Notes under the pieces: generated by a model
The model's database searches: none
What the model saw: the letters and a program-made list of their open reading frames with translations, nothing else
Told to the model about the DNA's origin: nothing
Translations under genes and position numbers: made by a program
Assembly (NCBI GenBank): GCA_046290225.1
Contig: JBKAGE010000004.1
Coordinates: 1 to 64,000 of the forward strand
Direction of reading: 5' to 3'
Origin: Bradymonadia bacterium
Lineage (GTDB): Bacteria; Myxococcota_A; Bradymonadia; UBA7976; UBA1532
DNA: 64,000 bases
Shown: in pieces, positions 47,599 to 57,850 of the stretch
How positions within the stretch are numbered: position 1 is the stretch's first letter
Layout: each line of letters starts with the position of its first letter

Positions 47599-48333
47599 AT
47601 GTTTTTTCGACAACTGTTCGATCGCGAGACGTGCACATACACCTACTTGCTCGCTGATGAAGAGGCGAAGGCCGCCGTGCTCATCGATCCAGTGGCGGAG
47701 CACGTGGACCGGGACGCTCAGCTGCTCGAGGAACTGGGTTTCACGCTGGTCTACACCCTCGACACCCACGTGCATGCCGATCACATCACCGGGGCGGGGA
47801 TGCTCCGGGAGCGATTGAATTCGAAGAGCGTGCTCTCTGCCCTGGGCGGCGCCCCCTGCGTAGATCGGGCCGTGACCTCTGGAGATGTGGTTCAGTTCGG
47901 CCGCTACGGCCTCGAAGTGCGGGCGACACCGGGCCACACAGATGGTTGCGTGACCTATGTCACCCGGGAGCTCGTCAACGGTCGACGCTTCGCATTCACC
48001 GGCGACACGCTCCTGATTCGGGGCTGCGGCCGCACGGACTTCCAGCAGGGCAGCGCCGAGAGCCTGTACACCTCGGTGCACACCCAGATCTTCACCTTGC
48101 CCGACGAGACGGCGATCTATCCTGGGCACGACTACAAGGGGCGCACGTGCTCCACGGTGGGGGAGGAGAAGCGCTTCAACCCTCGCTTGGGTGGTGGTCG
48201 CGCCCTCGATGACTTCAAAGCCATCATGGACAACCTCAACCTGCCTCACCCCAAGAAGCTCGCGGAGTCCCTCCCGGCGAATCAGAATTGCGGGCTGCGT
48301 CCGGCGCCGGTCAGTCAGGCTGCTGGAGAGTGA
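47599..48333 (+). CDS. Persulfide dioxygenase (ETHE1-like MBL-fold protein)
   Basis: FRQLFD..TCTYTYLL, THVHADHITG, TPGHT, GCGRTDFQQG, YPGHDY, C-terminal ANQNCG. Confidence 0.9.
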   Translation: MFFRQLFDRETCTYTYLLADEEAKAAVLIDPVAEHVDRDAQLLEELGFTLVYTLDTHVHADHITGAGMLRERLNSKSVLSALGGAPCVDRAVTSGDVVQFGRYGLEVRATPGHTDGCVTYVTRELVNGRRFAFTGDTLLIRGCGRTDFQQGSAESLYTSVHTQIFTLPDETAIYPGHDYKGRTCSTVGEEKRFNPRLGGGRALDDFKAIMDNLNLPHPKKLAESLPANQNCGLRPAPVSQAAGE

Positions 48334-48381
48334 GCGCGCTGTGATATGTTCGCCGCCCTGTCATGAACATGGGCCCGCTCG

Positions 48382-50040
48382 TTGTCCCGGTCTCTGCCAA
48401 GGCTGCCCTGCCTCGATCTCGCCGGCTACTCCGCCTCTGCCGCCTCTGCTGATCTCACCGCTGCGCTGACGGTGTTGTTCCTGGCGATCCCTCAAGGCAT
48501 CGCCTACGCCACCATCGCCGAGCTGCCACCGGCCATGGGCCTCTACGCCTCGGCGATCCCCACGCTCATCGGCGGGCTGTTTCGCAGCTCGCGGCATGTC
48601 GTGGCGGGGCCGAGCAACGCCCTGAGTCTGCTCGTGGGCGGCGCCCTGGCGGTGGCCATCGGCGACGCCCATGGCGTGAGCCCGGTGGTGGCGGCGACCA
48701 CCCTCGCGGTGATGGTGGGCGTGCTCCAAGTGCTCTCTGGGGTGTTGCGGCTGAGCGCGCTGGCGGACTTCATCTCTCGCCCGGTGGTGCTCGGGTACAT
48801 CACCGGGGCGGCTCTGCTCATCGCTGTGGGCCAGCTGCACAACCTCACGGGCACGACGGGGGGCAGAGGCATGTTGTGGCCTCGGGTCCAGGCCTGGTGG
48901 GCGGGCCTCGATGCGATCTCTCCGGTGGCGCTGGCCATGGCCGGCGCCGTGGCCGGGGGCATCCTGGCCTTGCGCCGGCTCAAGCCACGCTGGCCCGTGG
49001 CCATGGTGGCCTTGTCGCTGGGCACGCTGGTGAGCTGGCTCGCCGATCTGCCTGCTCTGGGCCTGCGGCTCGTCGGCGACATCAGTCCTGTGCCCTCCAG
49101 CCTTCCGCCTTTGACTCTGCCTGAGCTTTCCCTGGTGGGGGCGTTGCTGCCTGCGGCCTTCGCCGCCATGGTGCTCTCTCTTGTGGAGTCCACCGCTGTG
49201 GGCCGGGCCATCGCCACCCGCACGGGCCAGAGGCTGGTGGCCTTCTGGGATTTCGTGGGTATGGGCCTGGCCAACATCTCTGCAGGGCTCACCGGGGGCT
49301 ACCCCGTGAGCGGGAGCTTGTCGCGCTCGGCGTTGAACGAGCGGGCTGGTGCCGTGACCCGGATGGGCGCGGTCTATGGCGGGCTGTTCATGCTGCTCAC
49401 TCCACTGGCTTTCGCTGGAGTGTTCAACCTGATCCCGGTTGCCGCCCTCGCAGGGCTCCTGGTGGTGGTGGCCGGTGATCTCGTCGATCGAGCCCGTATC
49501 ATCGTCATCATGCGATCCACCTGGGGTGACCGGCTGGCGTTCACGCTGACGTGTGTCGGCACCTGGGTGCTCCCGCTCGATCAGGCCATCTATCTCGGTG
49601 TGGGCAGCAGCCTCGTGAAGGTGCTCTACAACGCCCGACGCCTCGATATTGACGTCGCGCCCACAACATCGGCGTGCACCATCGTTTCGCCTCGAGGGGC
49701 CCACTTCTTCGGTGTGGAAGAGGTGATCCGCGATGGCCTCGTTGAGGTCCTGGCAGATCGTGAAGGCGCCCCTGTGGTGCTGGCCTGGATGGCCAACGCC
49801 CGAGGGATGGACGTCTCGGTGGGTACGTTGTGGTTGGAAGTGGCTCAGCAGCTGAGGGCTCAGGGCCGAGTCTTGTGTATGGCGGGGCTCAGCGAGGCCG
49901 AGCACGCTGTGCTGGTGCGATCTGGCCTCGCCGAGCAAATGGGTGCGGATCGCCTCCGAAGACAAGGCCCCGATGAAGGGGCCCAGCCATCACCGGAGAC
50001 GATCCGCTGGGCTGAAGCGCAGGCCTCTACGAAGCCCTGA
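48382..50040 (+). CDS. SulP/SLC26 anion transporter with STAS domain
   Basis: AIPQGIAYATIAELPPAMGLY, GSLSRSALN, many TM helices. Confidence 0.9.
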   Translation: MSRSLPRLPCLDLAGYSASAASADLTAALTVLFLAIPQGIAYATIAELPPAMGLYASAIPTLIGGLFRSSRHVVAGPSNALSLLVGGALAVAIGDAHGVSPVVAATTLAVMVGVLQVLSGVLRLSALADFISRPVVLGYITGAALLIAVGQLHNLTGTTGGRGMLWPRVQAWWAGLDAISPVALAMAGAVAGGILALRRLKPRWPVAMVALSLGTLVSWLADLPALGLRLVGDISPVPSSLPPLTLPELSLVGALLPAAFAAMVLSLVESTAVGRAIATRTGQRLVAFWDFVGMGLANISAGLTGGYPVSGSLSRSALNERAGAVTRMGAVYGGLFMLLTPLAFAGVFNLIPVAALAGLLVVVAGDLVDRARIIVIMRSTWGDRLAFTLTCVGTWVLPLDQAIYLGVGSSLVKVLYNARRLDIDVAPTTSACTIVSPRGAHFFGVEEVIRDGLVEVLADREGAPVVLAWMANARGMDVSVGTLWLEVAQQLRAQGRVLCMAGLSEAEHAVLVRSGLAEQMGADRLRRQGPDEGAQPSPETIRWAEAQASTKP

Positions 50041-52042
50041 GCTGGCTGTACCGGGCGAAGGCCTGGCTGAAGCTGCCTGTACCTGCCGTAGCCGATCGCA
50101 GGGCGCTGGCGTAGCCGAAGAGGTCGGCCAAGGGCACCTCCGCGCTCACGCGGCAGTGGCCCTGCTCGACCTCAGTGCCCAGGATGCGACCGCGCCGGCC
50201 CATGAGGGTGCGCACGACGGCCCCCTGATGATCGATGGGGGCCTCCGCCTCCACCGCCGCCAGGGGCTCAAGCAGAACGAGCATCTCGTCCTTGATGTAG
50301 GTGCGGCAGGCCTCCTGCGCGGCGAGGTTGAACGCCATGTCGGAGGAGTCCTGCACGTGGGTGGCGCCATCTTCGATGACCACCCGCACCCCCTGGACCG
50401 GCCAGGCATCGTCGCCAATGCCGGACTGCAAGGTATCCCTGAAGCCCGAGGCGATGGACTTGGCCCACTGACGGGGGATCGCCCCGCCGGTGACCTTCCA
50501 CTCGAACTCGAAGCCCTCAGTGTCCTCGAGGGGCTCGAGATAGCCGATGATGCGGGCCCACATGCCCGCGCCGCCATTCTGCTTGTTCAGCAGGTGGTTG
50601 AAGGCCACCCGCCGACCGAGGGTCTGGCGATACGCCACCGTGGGCGCGCTCAGCTGGACCTCGAGACCCATGGACTTGAGCCGCTCGAGATAGATCTCGA
50701 GGTGCAACTCGCCCATGCCCCGCAGCCTGATCTCTCCGCTCTCGCCGTCGGTGTGCACCTTCAGCGTGGGATCGGAGAGGCAGAAGCGGGTGAGGGCCTT
50801 CGACAGCTTCTTCTCCTCGCCCCGGCGTCGATGGAGGGCGGCCTCCACCATGGGCTCGGGGATCTGCATCGACTCCAGGACCACCTTCTCGTGCTCCGCA
50901 GACAAGGTGTCGCCCGTCTGACAGCCCGCTCCGGCGATGGCCACGATGTGACCAGCCTCGGCGGCCTCGGCCTGTTCGAAACGGTCCGCGTGGAGCCTGA
51001 CCACTCGGCCCACCCGCATGCGGCTGCCATTGCGCACATGGTAGACCGTGTCGCCGGCCCGCAGGGTGCCTCGATAGATGCGCACCCAGGCCAGGGCTCC
51101 ACCAGGGGCGGGCTGCACCTTGAAGACCAGCGCCGCCAGAGCCCCCTCGGCGTCTGCCGAGAGAGGCACGGTCTCGCCCTCGAGGTTCTCCGCCTGGCGC
51201 TCGATGTCCTCGGGGGCGGGCAGATAATCCACCACACCATCGAGCAGACACTGAACACCCACGTTGCGATAGGCAGAGCCCATCATCACAGGCACGAAGG
51301 CGCGCTCGACCACCCCGGCGCGGATCACCGATTTGATCAGGGCAGGGTGGATCTCCAGCTCTTCCACGAGGGCCTCGGTGAGTGCGTCGGAGAAGAGGCT
51401 GAGCCGGTCGAGCATCTCGGCGCGGGCCTGCTCAGCGGCCTCTCTGAAGGCCTCAGGGATCGGCCCACGTCGCACGTGTTCACCCTTTTCACCCTCGAAG
51501 GTGACGGCCTGCATCTCAACCAGGTCGATCACCCCTTCAAGCTCACTCTCGAGACCCATGGGGTGCTGAATCGGGATCGCCTCGACGTGCAGTCGAGCCC
51601 GCATCTGTTTCACCACGGCAGCAGGATCAGCGCCGGCGCGGTCGCACTTGTTGACGAAGGCGATCCGTGGCACGCCATACCGATCCATCTGGCGGGCAAC
51701 CGTGAGGGTCTGCGCCTGCACGCCGCCGACGGCGCAGAGCAACAGCACGGCGCCATCGAGCACCCTCAGCGCGCGCTCCACCTCCACGGTGAAGTCGACG
51801 TGCCCAGGGGTGTCGATCAGGTTGATGTGGGTGCCGTTCCACTGGCACGAGGTGGCCGCCGACTGGATCGAGATGCCGTGAGAGACCTCGAGCGGATCGT
51901 GATCGAGGGTGGCCCCGACACCGTCGGCGCCGCGGACCTCGTGCATGGCGTGGATCCGGCCGGTGTAGTAGAGCACCCGCTCTGCGAGGGTGGTCTTGCC
52001 TGAGTCGATGTGGGCGCTGATGCCAAAGTTACGTACGCGCAT
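50027..52042 (-). CDS. fusA: Elongation factor G paralogue
   Basis: GISAHIDSGKTT, DTPGHVDF, NKCD, GMGELHLEIY; not in an rpsL-rpsG-tuf context; start ATG 52042. Confidence 0.92.
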   Translation of the reverse strand: MRVRNFGISAHIDSGKTTLAERVLYYTGRIHAMHEVRGADGVGATLDHDPLEVSHGISIQSAATSCQWNGTHINLIDTPGHVDFTVEVERALRVLDGAVLLLCAVGGVQAQTLTVARQMDRYGVPRIAFVNKCDRAGADPAAVVKQMRARLHVEAIPIQHPMGLESELEGVIDLVEMQAVTFEGEKGEHVRRGPIPEAFREAAEQARAEMLDRLSLFSDALTEALVEELEIHPALIKSVIRAGVVERAFVPVMMGSAYRNVGVQCLLDGVVDYLPAPEDIERQAENLEGETVPLSADAEGALAALVFKVQPAPGGALAWVRIYRGTLRAGDTVYHVRNGSRMRVGRVVRLHADRFEQAEAAEAGHIVAIAGAGCQTGDTLSAEHEKVVLESMQIPEPMVEAALHRRRGEEKKLSKALTRFCLSDPTLKVHTDGESGEIRLRGMGELHLEIYLERLKSMGLEVQLSAPTVAYRQTLGRRVAFNHLLNKQNGGAGMWARIIGYLEPLEDTEGFEFEWKVTGGAIPRQWAKSIASGFRDTLQSGIGDDAWPVQGVRVVIEDGATHVQDSSDMAFNLAAQEACRTYIKDEMLVLLEPLAAVEAEAPIDHQGAVVRTLMGRRGRILGTEVEQGHCRVSAEVPLADLFGYASALRSATAGTGSFSQAFARYSQLRAS

Positions 52043-52347
52043 GATACACCTGTCTTGTATGCTTCGATGAATGCACGGATGTATTGCGGCTGCATGCCGA
52101 GATACACCCCGGCTCAACAGTGGGACTCTCTCGCGGAGTCACTGTGAGCGAGACACGGACATTGATTCGGGTGAGCGACTCGACGCCCCCTGAGGGGTGC
52201 TCAGGGCGACGCGCCGTGGGGCTCGACGACAATGATGATGTATGTGTGCGGGCCCTCTCTCAGGGAAGGCGCGGCGAACGAATCAGCGGTGAAGTGGTTG
52301 GTGCAGTCCCAGGAGGGGCAACGCCTGAAGTGAAAGCGTTGCTTGGC

Positions 52348-52527
52348 TCAACCCACCAGCTGACCGGCGTCGCCGGCCATGGAGAGATCACCCTGCACGT
52401 ACGGCAGACCGCGGTACAGCGACGCCCCGTAGACGGCGCTGATGTCGGCCCCTCGACGTGCGAAGTCGTTCACCAACGCGCAGGCGCAGGTGGACATGGG
52501 GGTGGTGATGGTGGGGAGGTTTCGCAT
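52348..52527 (-). CDS. Putative leaderless leader peptide (59 aa) upstream of the EF-G paralogue
   Basis: ATG 52527 lies 7 nt downstream of a -10 box; MRNLPTITTPMSTCACALVND... Confidence 0.4.
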   Translation of the reverse strand: MRNLPTITTPMSTCACALVNDFARRGADISAVYGASLYRGLPYVQGDLSMAGDAGQLVG

Positions 52528-52534
52528 GACCGGG

Positions 52535-52563
52535 ACGATAGTGCCGGACATGTATCTCGTCAA
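52535..52563 (-). promoter_or_regulatory. Candidate sigma70 promoter
   Basis: Minus strand TTGACG-N17-TATCGT. Confidence 0.6.
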
Positions 52564-52591
52564 GTCTGTTTTTCGAGATAGTGGTCGAACA

Positions 52592-53767
52592 TTACATCTT
52601 GCTGAGGAACCAGGCCCGCAGATAGCCCACCATCGGCCCCGTGTTGTAGCTGACGCTGCGGCCCACGTGGATCGCCGTCTGGTAGCGGGTGCTGCCGTTT
52701 CGGTAGTACACCGGACCGCCGCTGTGGCCGCCGCTGGTGTCGCACTTGTAGCCCAGGCGCTGATCGCCCACGTACTTGATGTCGCAGCCCATGCCCCAGA
52801 GGCCGAAGGGGCTCTTGTCGGCAGGGTAACCGTAGTTGTAGTGCCGCTTGGCCTTGATCGACGACCGGCTCGTCAGGCTCGACATCACGAAGAAGCCATT
52901 GGAGCCGGGGAAGTCGCTGTCCAGCTTGAGCAGGGCGTAGTCCCGGGTGAAGTCGCTGAAGAGGCCGTCATCGTAGTTCGGTGACATGTAGCGGTAGTAG
53001 ACGTTGACGCAGGTGCTGTTCCGGCACACCTCGCCGCGATCGCGGCGGCCGTTGGCCAGAGAGCGACCACCGTAAATCCAGGCGTCGTCTCGGCGGCTGT
53101 AGACGCAGTGGGCGCCGGTGATGGCGTAGCGATCGTCGATGAGAGAGGCGGTGCAGGTGCTCTGGCAGCCCGGCGACAGGCCCTCGGCGCGGCAATCGGC
53201 GTCAGAGAGCGGGATGGCGTACTCGAGGGTGGCGCTGAAGGGGAAGTTGTTGCGTTCACTGGTGGTCTTGCGTACCCGGTCGTCGCTGCCGAAGACCGTC
53301 TTGCTCACCACATCGTGCTCTTCGAGATCGCCCGAGCCCTTGGCGTCTTCCAAGGGGTGCGCGTCTTCATAAGCGGTGATCAGGGCAACGGCGACCTCAG
53401 GGTCGATGGGCCCCGAGATCCACTCACCGTCGTCGTCATCGAGGATGGCCCCGTCGGTGAAGGCGCCAATGGAGGCGTCGAAGGTGTACCCCGTGAGGGG
53501 GCCTTCGGTGATGATGCCTTCAGACATCGCCCACTGCTCGATCTCGGCGAACTCGATGCGTTCGATCTCTTCGTCAGTGAAGGTGGGCGTCTCCGCCATG
53601 CGGCTCACCCCTCTGATCTCCCCCATGCGGTGCCAGGTCACGCCCTGTTCGTCGACCCGCGTCTCTTCCGTGTCGGACGTTTCCGGGAAATCTTCTGTAG
53701 TGCCACATGCGGCGGGCACCAGGGCGAGCAAGAGCGCAAGACAACGACGACGGGTGAACAGACCCAT
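52592..53767 (-). CDS. Trypsin-like (V8/glutamyl endopeptidase-type) serine protease lipoprotein
   Basis: Lipobox PAAC; triad motifs TGAHC, DYALL, CDTSGGHSGGP; GGAGGGAG SD. Confidence 0.9.
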   Translation of the reverse strand: MGLFTRRRCLALLLALVPAACGTTEDFPETSDTEETRVDEQGVTWHRMGEIRGVSRMAETPTFTDEEIERIEFAEIEQWAMSEGIITEGPLTGYTFDASIGAFTDGAILDDDDGEWISGPIDPEVAVALITAYEDAHPLEDAKGSGDLEEHDVVSKTVFGSDDRVRKTTSERNNFPFSATLEYAIPLSDADCRAEGLSPGCQSTCTASLIDDRYAITGAHCVYSRRDDAWIYGGRSLANGRRDRGEVCRNSTCVNVYYRYMSPNYDDGLFSDFTRDYALLKLDSDFPGSNGFFVMSSLTSRSSIKAKRHYNYGYPADKSPFGLWGMGCDIKYVGDQRLGYKCDTSGGHSGGPVYYRNGSTRYQTAIHVGRSVSYNTGPMVGYLRAWFLSKM

Positions 53768-53944
53768 GACTTCTCCCTCCAAAATTCTATCGATTGCCCC
53801 CTCGGCATCTGGGTCTTCGTCGAGCCCTTCGTGGCTCTGACATGCAATTTGAAGAAAAATATCTTCTCATGAGTAGAAAACGCCTTGGGTCTTTCTCAGT
53901 CTGTGTGGGATAAAGCAGCCTCTGGCTGAACTCGGGAGTGTGAG

Positions 53945-56038
53945 ATGAAGCGTCTGCCTCAGTGGATGATGGCGTGCACGGTCTTGTTGTGGGCCGGGGC
54001 GTGCAGTGATGTCGAAGATCCTGCTGCCGAGGAGGGCGCTGGCGGTGCCGTCGCTGGCGCCGGTGGTGCTGTGGGTGGCGCCGGGGGTGTCGGCGGTATG
54101 GCACAGCCGATGCCCGGTGGCGGAGTGCTCGACACACCCGACATGGATCTGCCCCAGGGTGGCATGGGCGGCGAGATCGAACCCGGTGAGGCTGATGCCG
54201 AGGTGGGTGAGCCCGATGAGGGGGCGGCTGACCCTCCAGACGCCATGGTGCCTCCAGAGCCAGAGACCGTGACCTGTGTCTTCGAGGCGCCTGAAGGTGA
54301 GCAGGAGGTGAACACCTGGCGCAGCGATGTCGATCGAGTGGTCTTCAACGTGCCTGGGGTGCCTGAGGTCGGCGGGGTGGAGCAGGCGATCCTGCGTTTC
54401 CGAGGTCACGATCTCGATCATCCCGGTGAGGAAGGCTGGGTGCGGGTGAACGGCAATGAACGCATCGCGCTCCCGGCAGACGAAGCCAACGACAACGTCA
54501 CTGGCCGCGTGGATCTCGATGTCTCGGGGCAGGTGGTGGCGGGGGACAACCGTGTGGCCTTTCTGGCCTTTGAACGCCCCGATGGCAGCTTCTATCGCAT
54601 CAGCGACGTGCGCCTCGTACTCACCGGTCAGGTGGCCTGCCCGGATCCGATGATGCCGGAAGAGCCCGAGCCTCTTGATCGTGTGGCCAACGAGACGCCT
54701 CTGGGTGTCTCGGCCTTTGCGGCGCTGTCACCGCGGTTCCCTCATGAGGGGCTCTGGCAAATCCTCGGCGCCCTCGACCGGCCCTTCACGACGGTGCTTC
54801 TCGACTTCGAGCCGGTCTACGACGAGCACGGGCTGGCGATGTTCGCCGACGGCGCGGTGGGCAACCGCGAACCGAATGCCGCTCACCTCGACGCCCTCGA
54901 CGATTTCATCGACGACTTCGTGGCAGCCACGCCAGAAGCCGACGGTCGTCACCTGCAGATTTATCTTTTCAACGGCCCCGGGATCCGCCGAACTGGCTAC
55001 GCCCGAGCCTTCGATCTCGACGCCGCAGGCTTCGACGACGCCCTTCAGAACAACGATTCGGTACGTGCCGACGTGCTCCGCTTCGCTCAGGCGCTGGTGG
55101 GCCGGCTGGCGACACACCTCGGCGAGGTGGACATCCGCCTTGTGGGTACCCTCGAAGACAACCTGACCCGACCGGGTGCCCGGGCGCTGAACCGGCTGCT
55201 GCGTGAAGCAGGCTGGGAAGGCGATCTCGGCCGAAACCCCTGTGGCTGCGGTCCCATGGGTGACGACAGTCAGGTGGGGCAGTTCATCGAACATCATCCC
55301 CATAGCGTTGGCGCCACCGAGGCGCTGGCGAACACCCTCGAGGCCCCCGACGCGCTTTCGAACGACGGCTGGGGCTTCAACACCGACTCAGGCACGGGCT
55401 TCATGAACCGCGGGCATGTGGCGCCCACCGTTGCGGCGGCTCAGGCCGCTGGGGTGTGGTTCCACTTCTGGTACGACCCGCTCCAGGGCTACCCGATCCC
55501 TGCCCAGGGCGCGCGGAACCTGCGCTTCGACGATGCGCCAGCAACTGTACTGGGCTGGCTGGCAGATGGGGTGCGCGACATAGAACCAGGGCCCGACCTC
55601 GGCGAGCCCACAGGTCTCGGCGTGGAAGTTGTTCAAGGCTATCGCGATGCCACGTACGATCCCCGCCGAAACTGGGTCCTCGACTGCCGCGACTACGCCT
55701 ACAGCGCCCGCGGCGACGAGCACGAAGAGTGCGACAACCGATACAACCCCGACGGCACCACGCACGGTACGGCGACCTTCGTCTTCGAGGGGGTGCCCCG
55801 GGATCTCTACACAGTGGCCTTGGAGGGTCGCCACACAGAGAACCGGAACCCCGCCGGAGCGCTGGTGATCGTCAATGGCGTGGAGCGCCGCATCAGGCAA
55901 ATCGGAGAGGGGGAGTACACCTTCGTAGATCACGGCACCTATATGCTCGAGGGCCGCGTGGAGGTGGTGCTCGACTCCCGGCGAGAGGTCGGGTCTGATG
56001 CTGTTCGGCGCGTGCGGATTCGGCCCGTCAGCCCATAG
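53945..56038 (+). CDS. Multidomain lipoprotein of unknown function (beta-sandwich modules flanking an alpha/beta domain)
   Basis: Lipobox AGAC, acidic linker; C-terminal TATFVF...YTV...SDAVRRVRI resembles golvesin/CBM-like sandwiches. Confidence 0.6.
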   Translation: MKRLPQWMMACTVLLWAGACSDVEDPAAEEGAGGAVAGAGGAVGGAGGVGGMAQPMPGGGVLDTPDMDLPQGGMGGEIEPGEADAEVGEPDEGAADPPDAMVPPEPETVTCVFEAPEGEQEVNTWRSDVDRVVFNVPGVPEVGGVEQAILRFRGHDLDHPGEEGWVRVNGNERIALPADEANDNVTGRVDLDVSGQVVAGDNRVAFLAFERPDGSFYRISDVRLVLTGQVACPDPMMPEEPEPLDRVANETPLGVSAFAALSPRFPHEGLWQILGALDRPFTTVLLDFEPVYDEHGLAMFADGAVGNREPNAAHLDALDDFIDDFVAATPEADGRHLQIYLFNGPGIRRTGYARAFDLDAAGFDDALQNNDSVRADVLRFAQALVGRLATHLGEVDIRLVGTLEDNLTRPGARALNRLLREAGWEGDLGRNPCGCGPMGDDSQVGQFIEHHPHSVGATEALANTLEAPDALSNDGWGFNTDSGTGFMNRGHVAPTVAAAQAAGVWFHFWYDPLQGYPIPAQGARNLRFDDAPATVLGWLADGVRDIEPGPDLGEPTGLGVEVVQGYRDATYDPRRNWVLDCRDYAYSARGDEHEECDNRYNPDGTTHGTATFVFEGVPRDLYTVALEGRHTENRNPAGALVIVNGVERRIRQIGEGEYTFVDHGTYMLEGRVEVVLDSRREVGSDAVRRVRIRPVSP

Positions 56039-56128
56039 GAGTTGCCATGAAGGAAGAGGCGCTCCTTCCAGCAGACGAGTGATCTGTGAAGACCCCTTTG
56101 CAACCCTCGCCCTGAGTCCACGCAGGAC

Positions 56129-56178
56129 CACGAGTTCACAGATGTATCAACTCGTGCCCGTGCCCGTGCCCGTGCCCG
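56129..56178. repeat. Hairpin plus (CGTGCC)4 hexamer tract
   Basis: CACGAGTT 56129-56136 pairs with AACTCGTG 56149-56156; four CGTGCC units at 56153-56176. Confidence 0.8.
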
Positions 56179-56349
56179 AAACTCTCTTGCCCGCGGAGCG
56201 ACCTCCGCAACCACCACCAGCCATCAAAATCATTACGTCAGCTGGGGTGTCCCAAGCCCCCTCAACCAAAAAGTCTCATCCCCCACCATCACCTGTAGAC
56301 ACCACCATCCACCTGCCCCACACTCTGGCCTTCATCTTCGACTGAGGAA

Positions 56350-57843
<1,494 letters not shown>

Positions 57844-57850
57844 GGTCTCT

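Noticed and set aside
49943..52003. 686-aa plus-strand ORF
   Set aside because: Antisense shadow of the EF-G gene
56048..56083. Tiny ORF MKEEALLPADE after a GGAG
   Set aside because: Only 11 codons and it overlaps a hairpin; no further support
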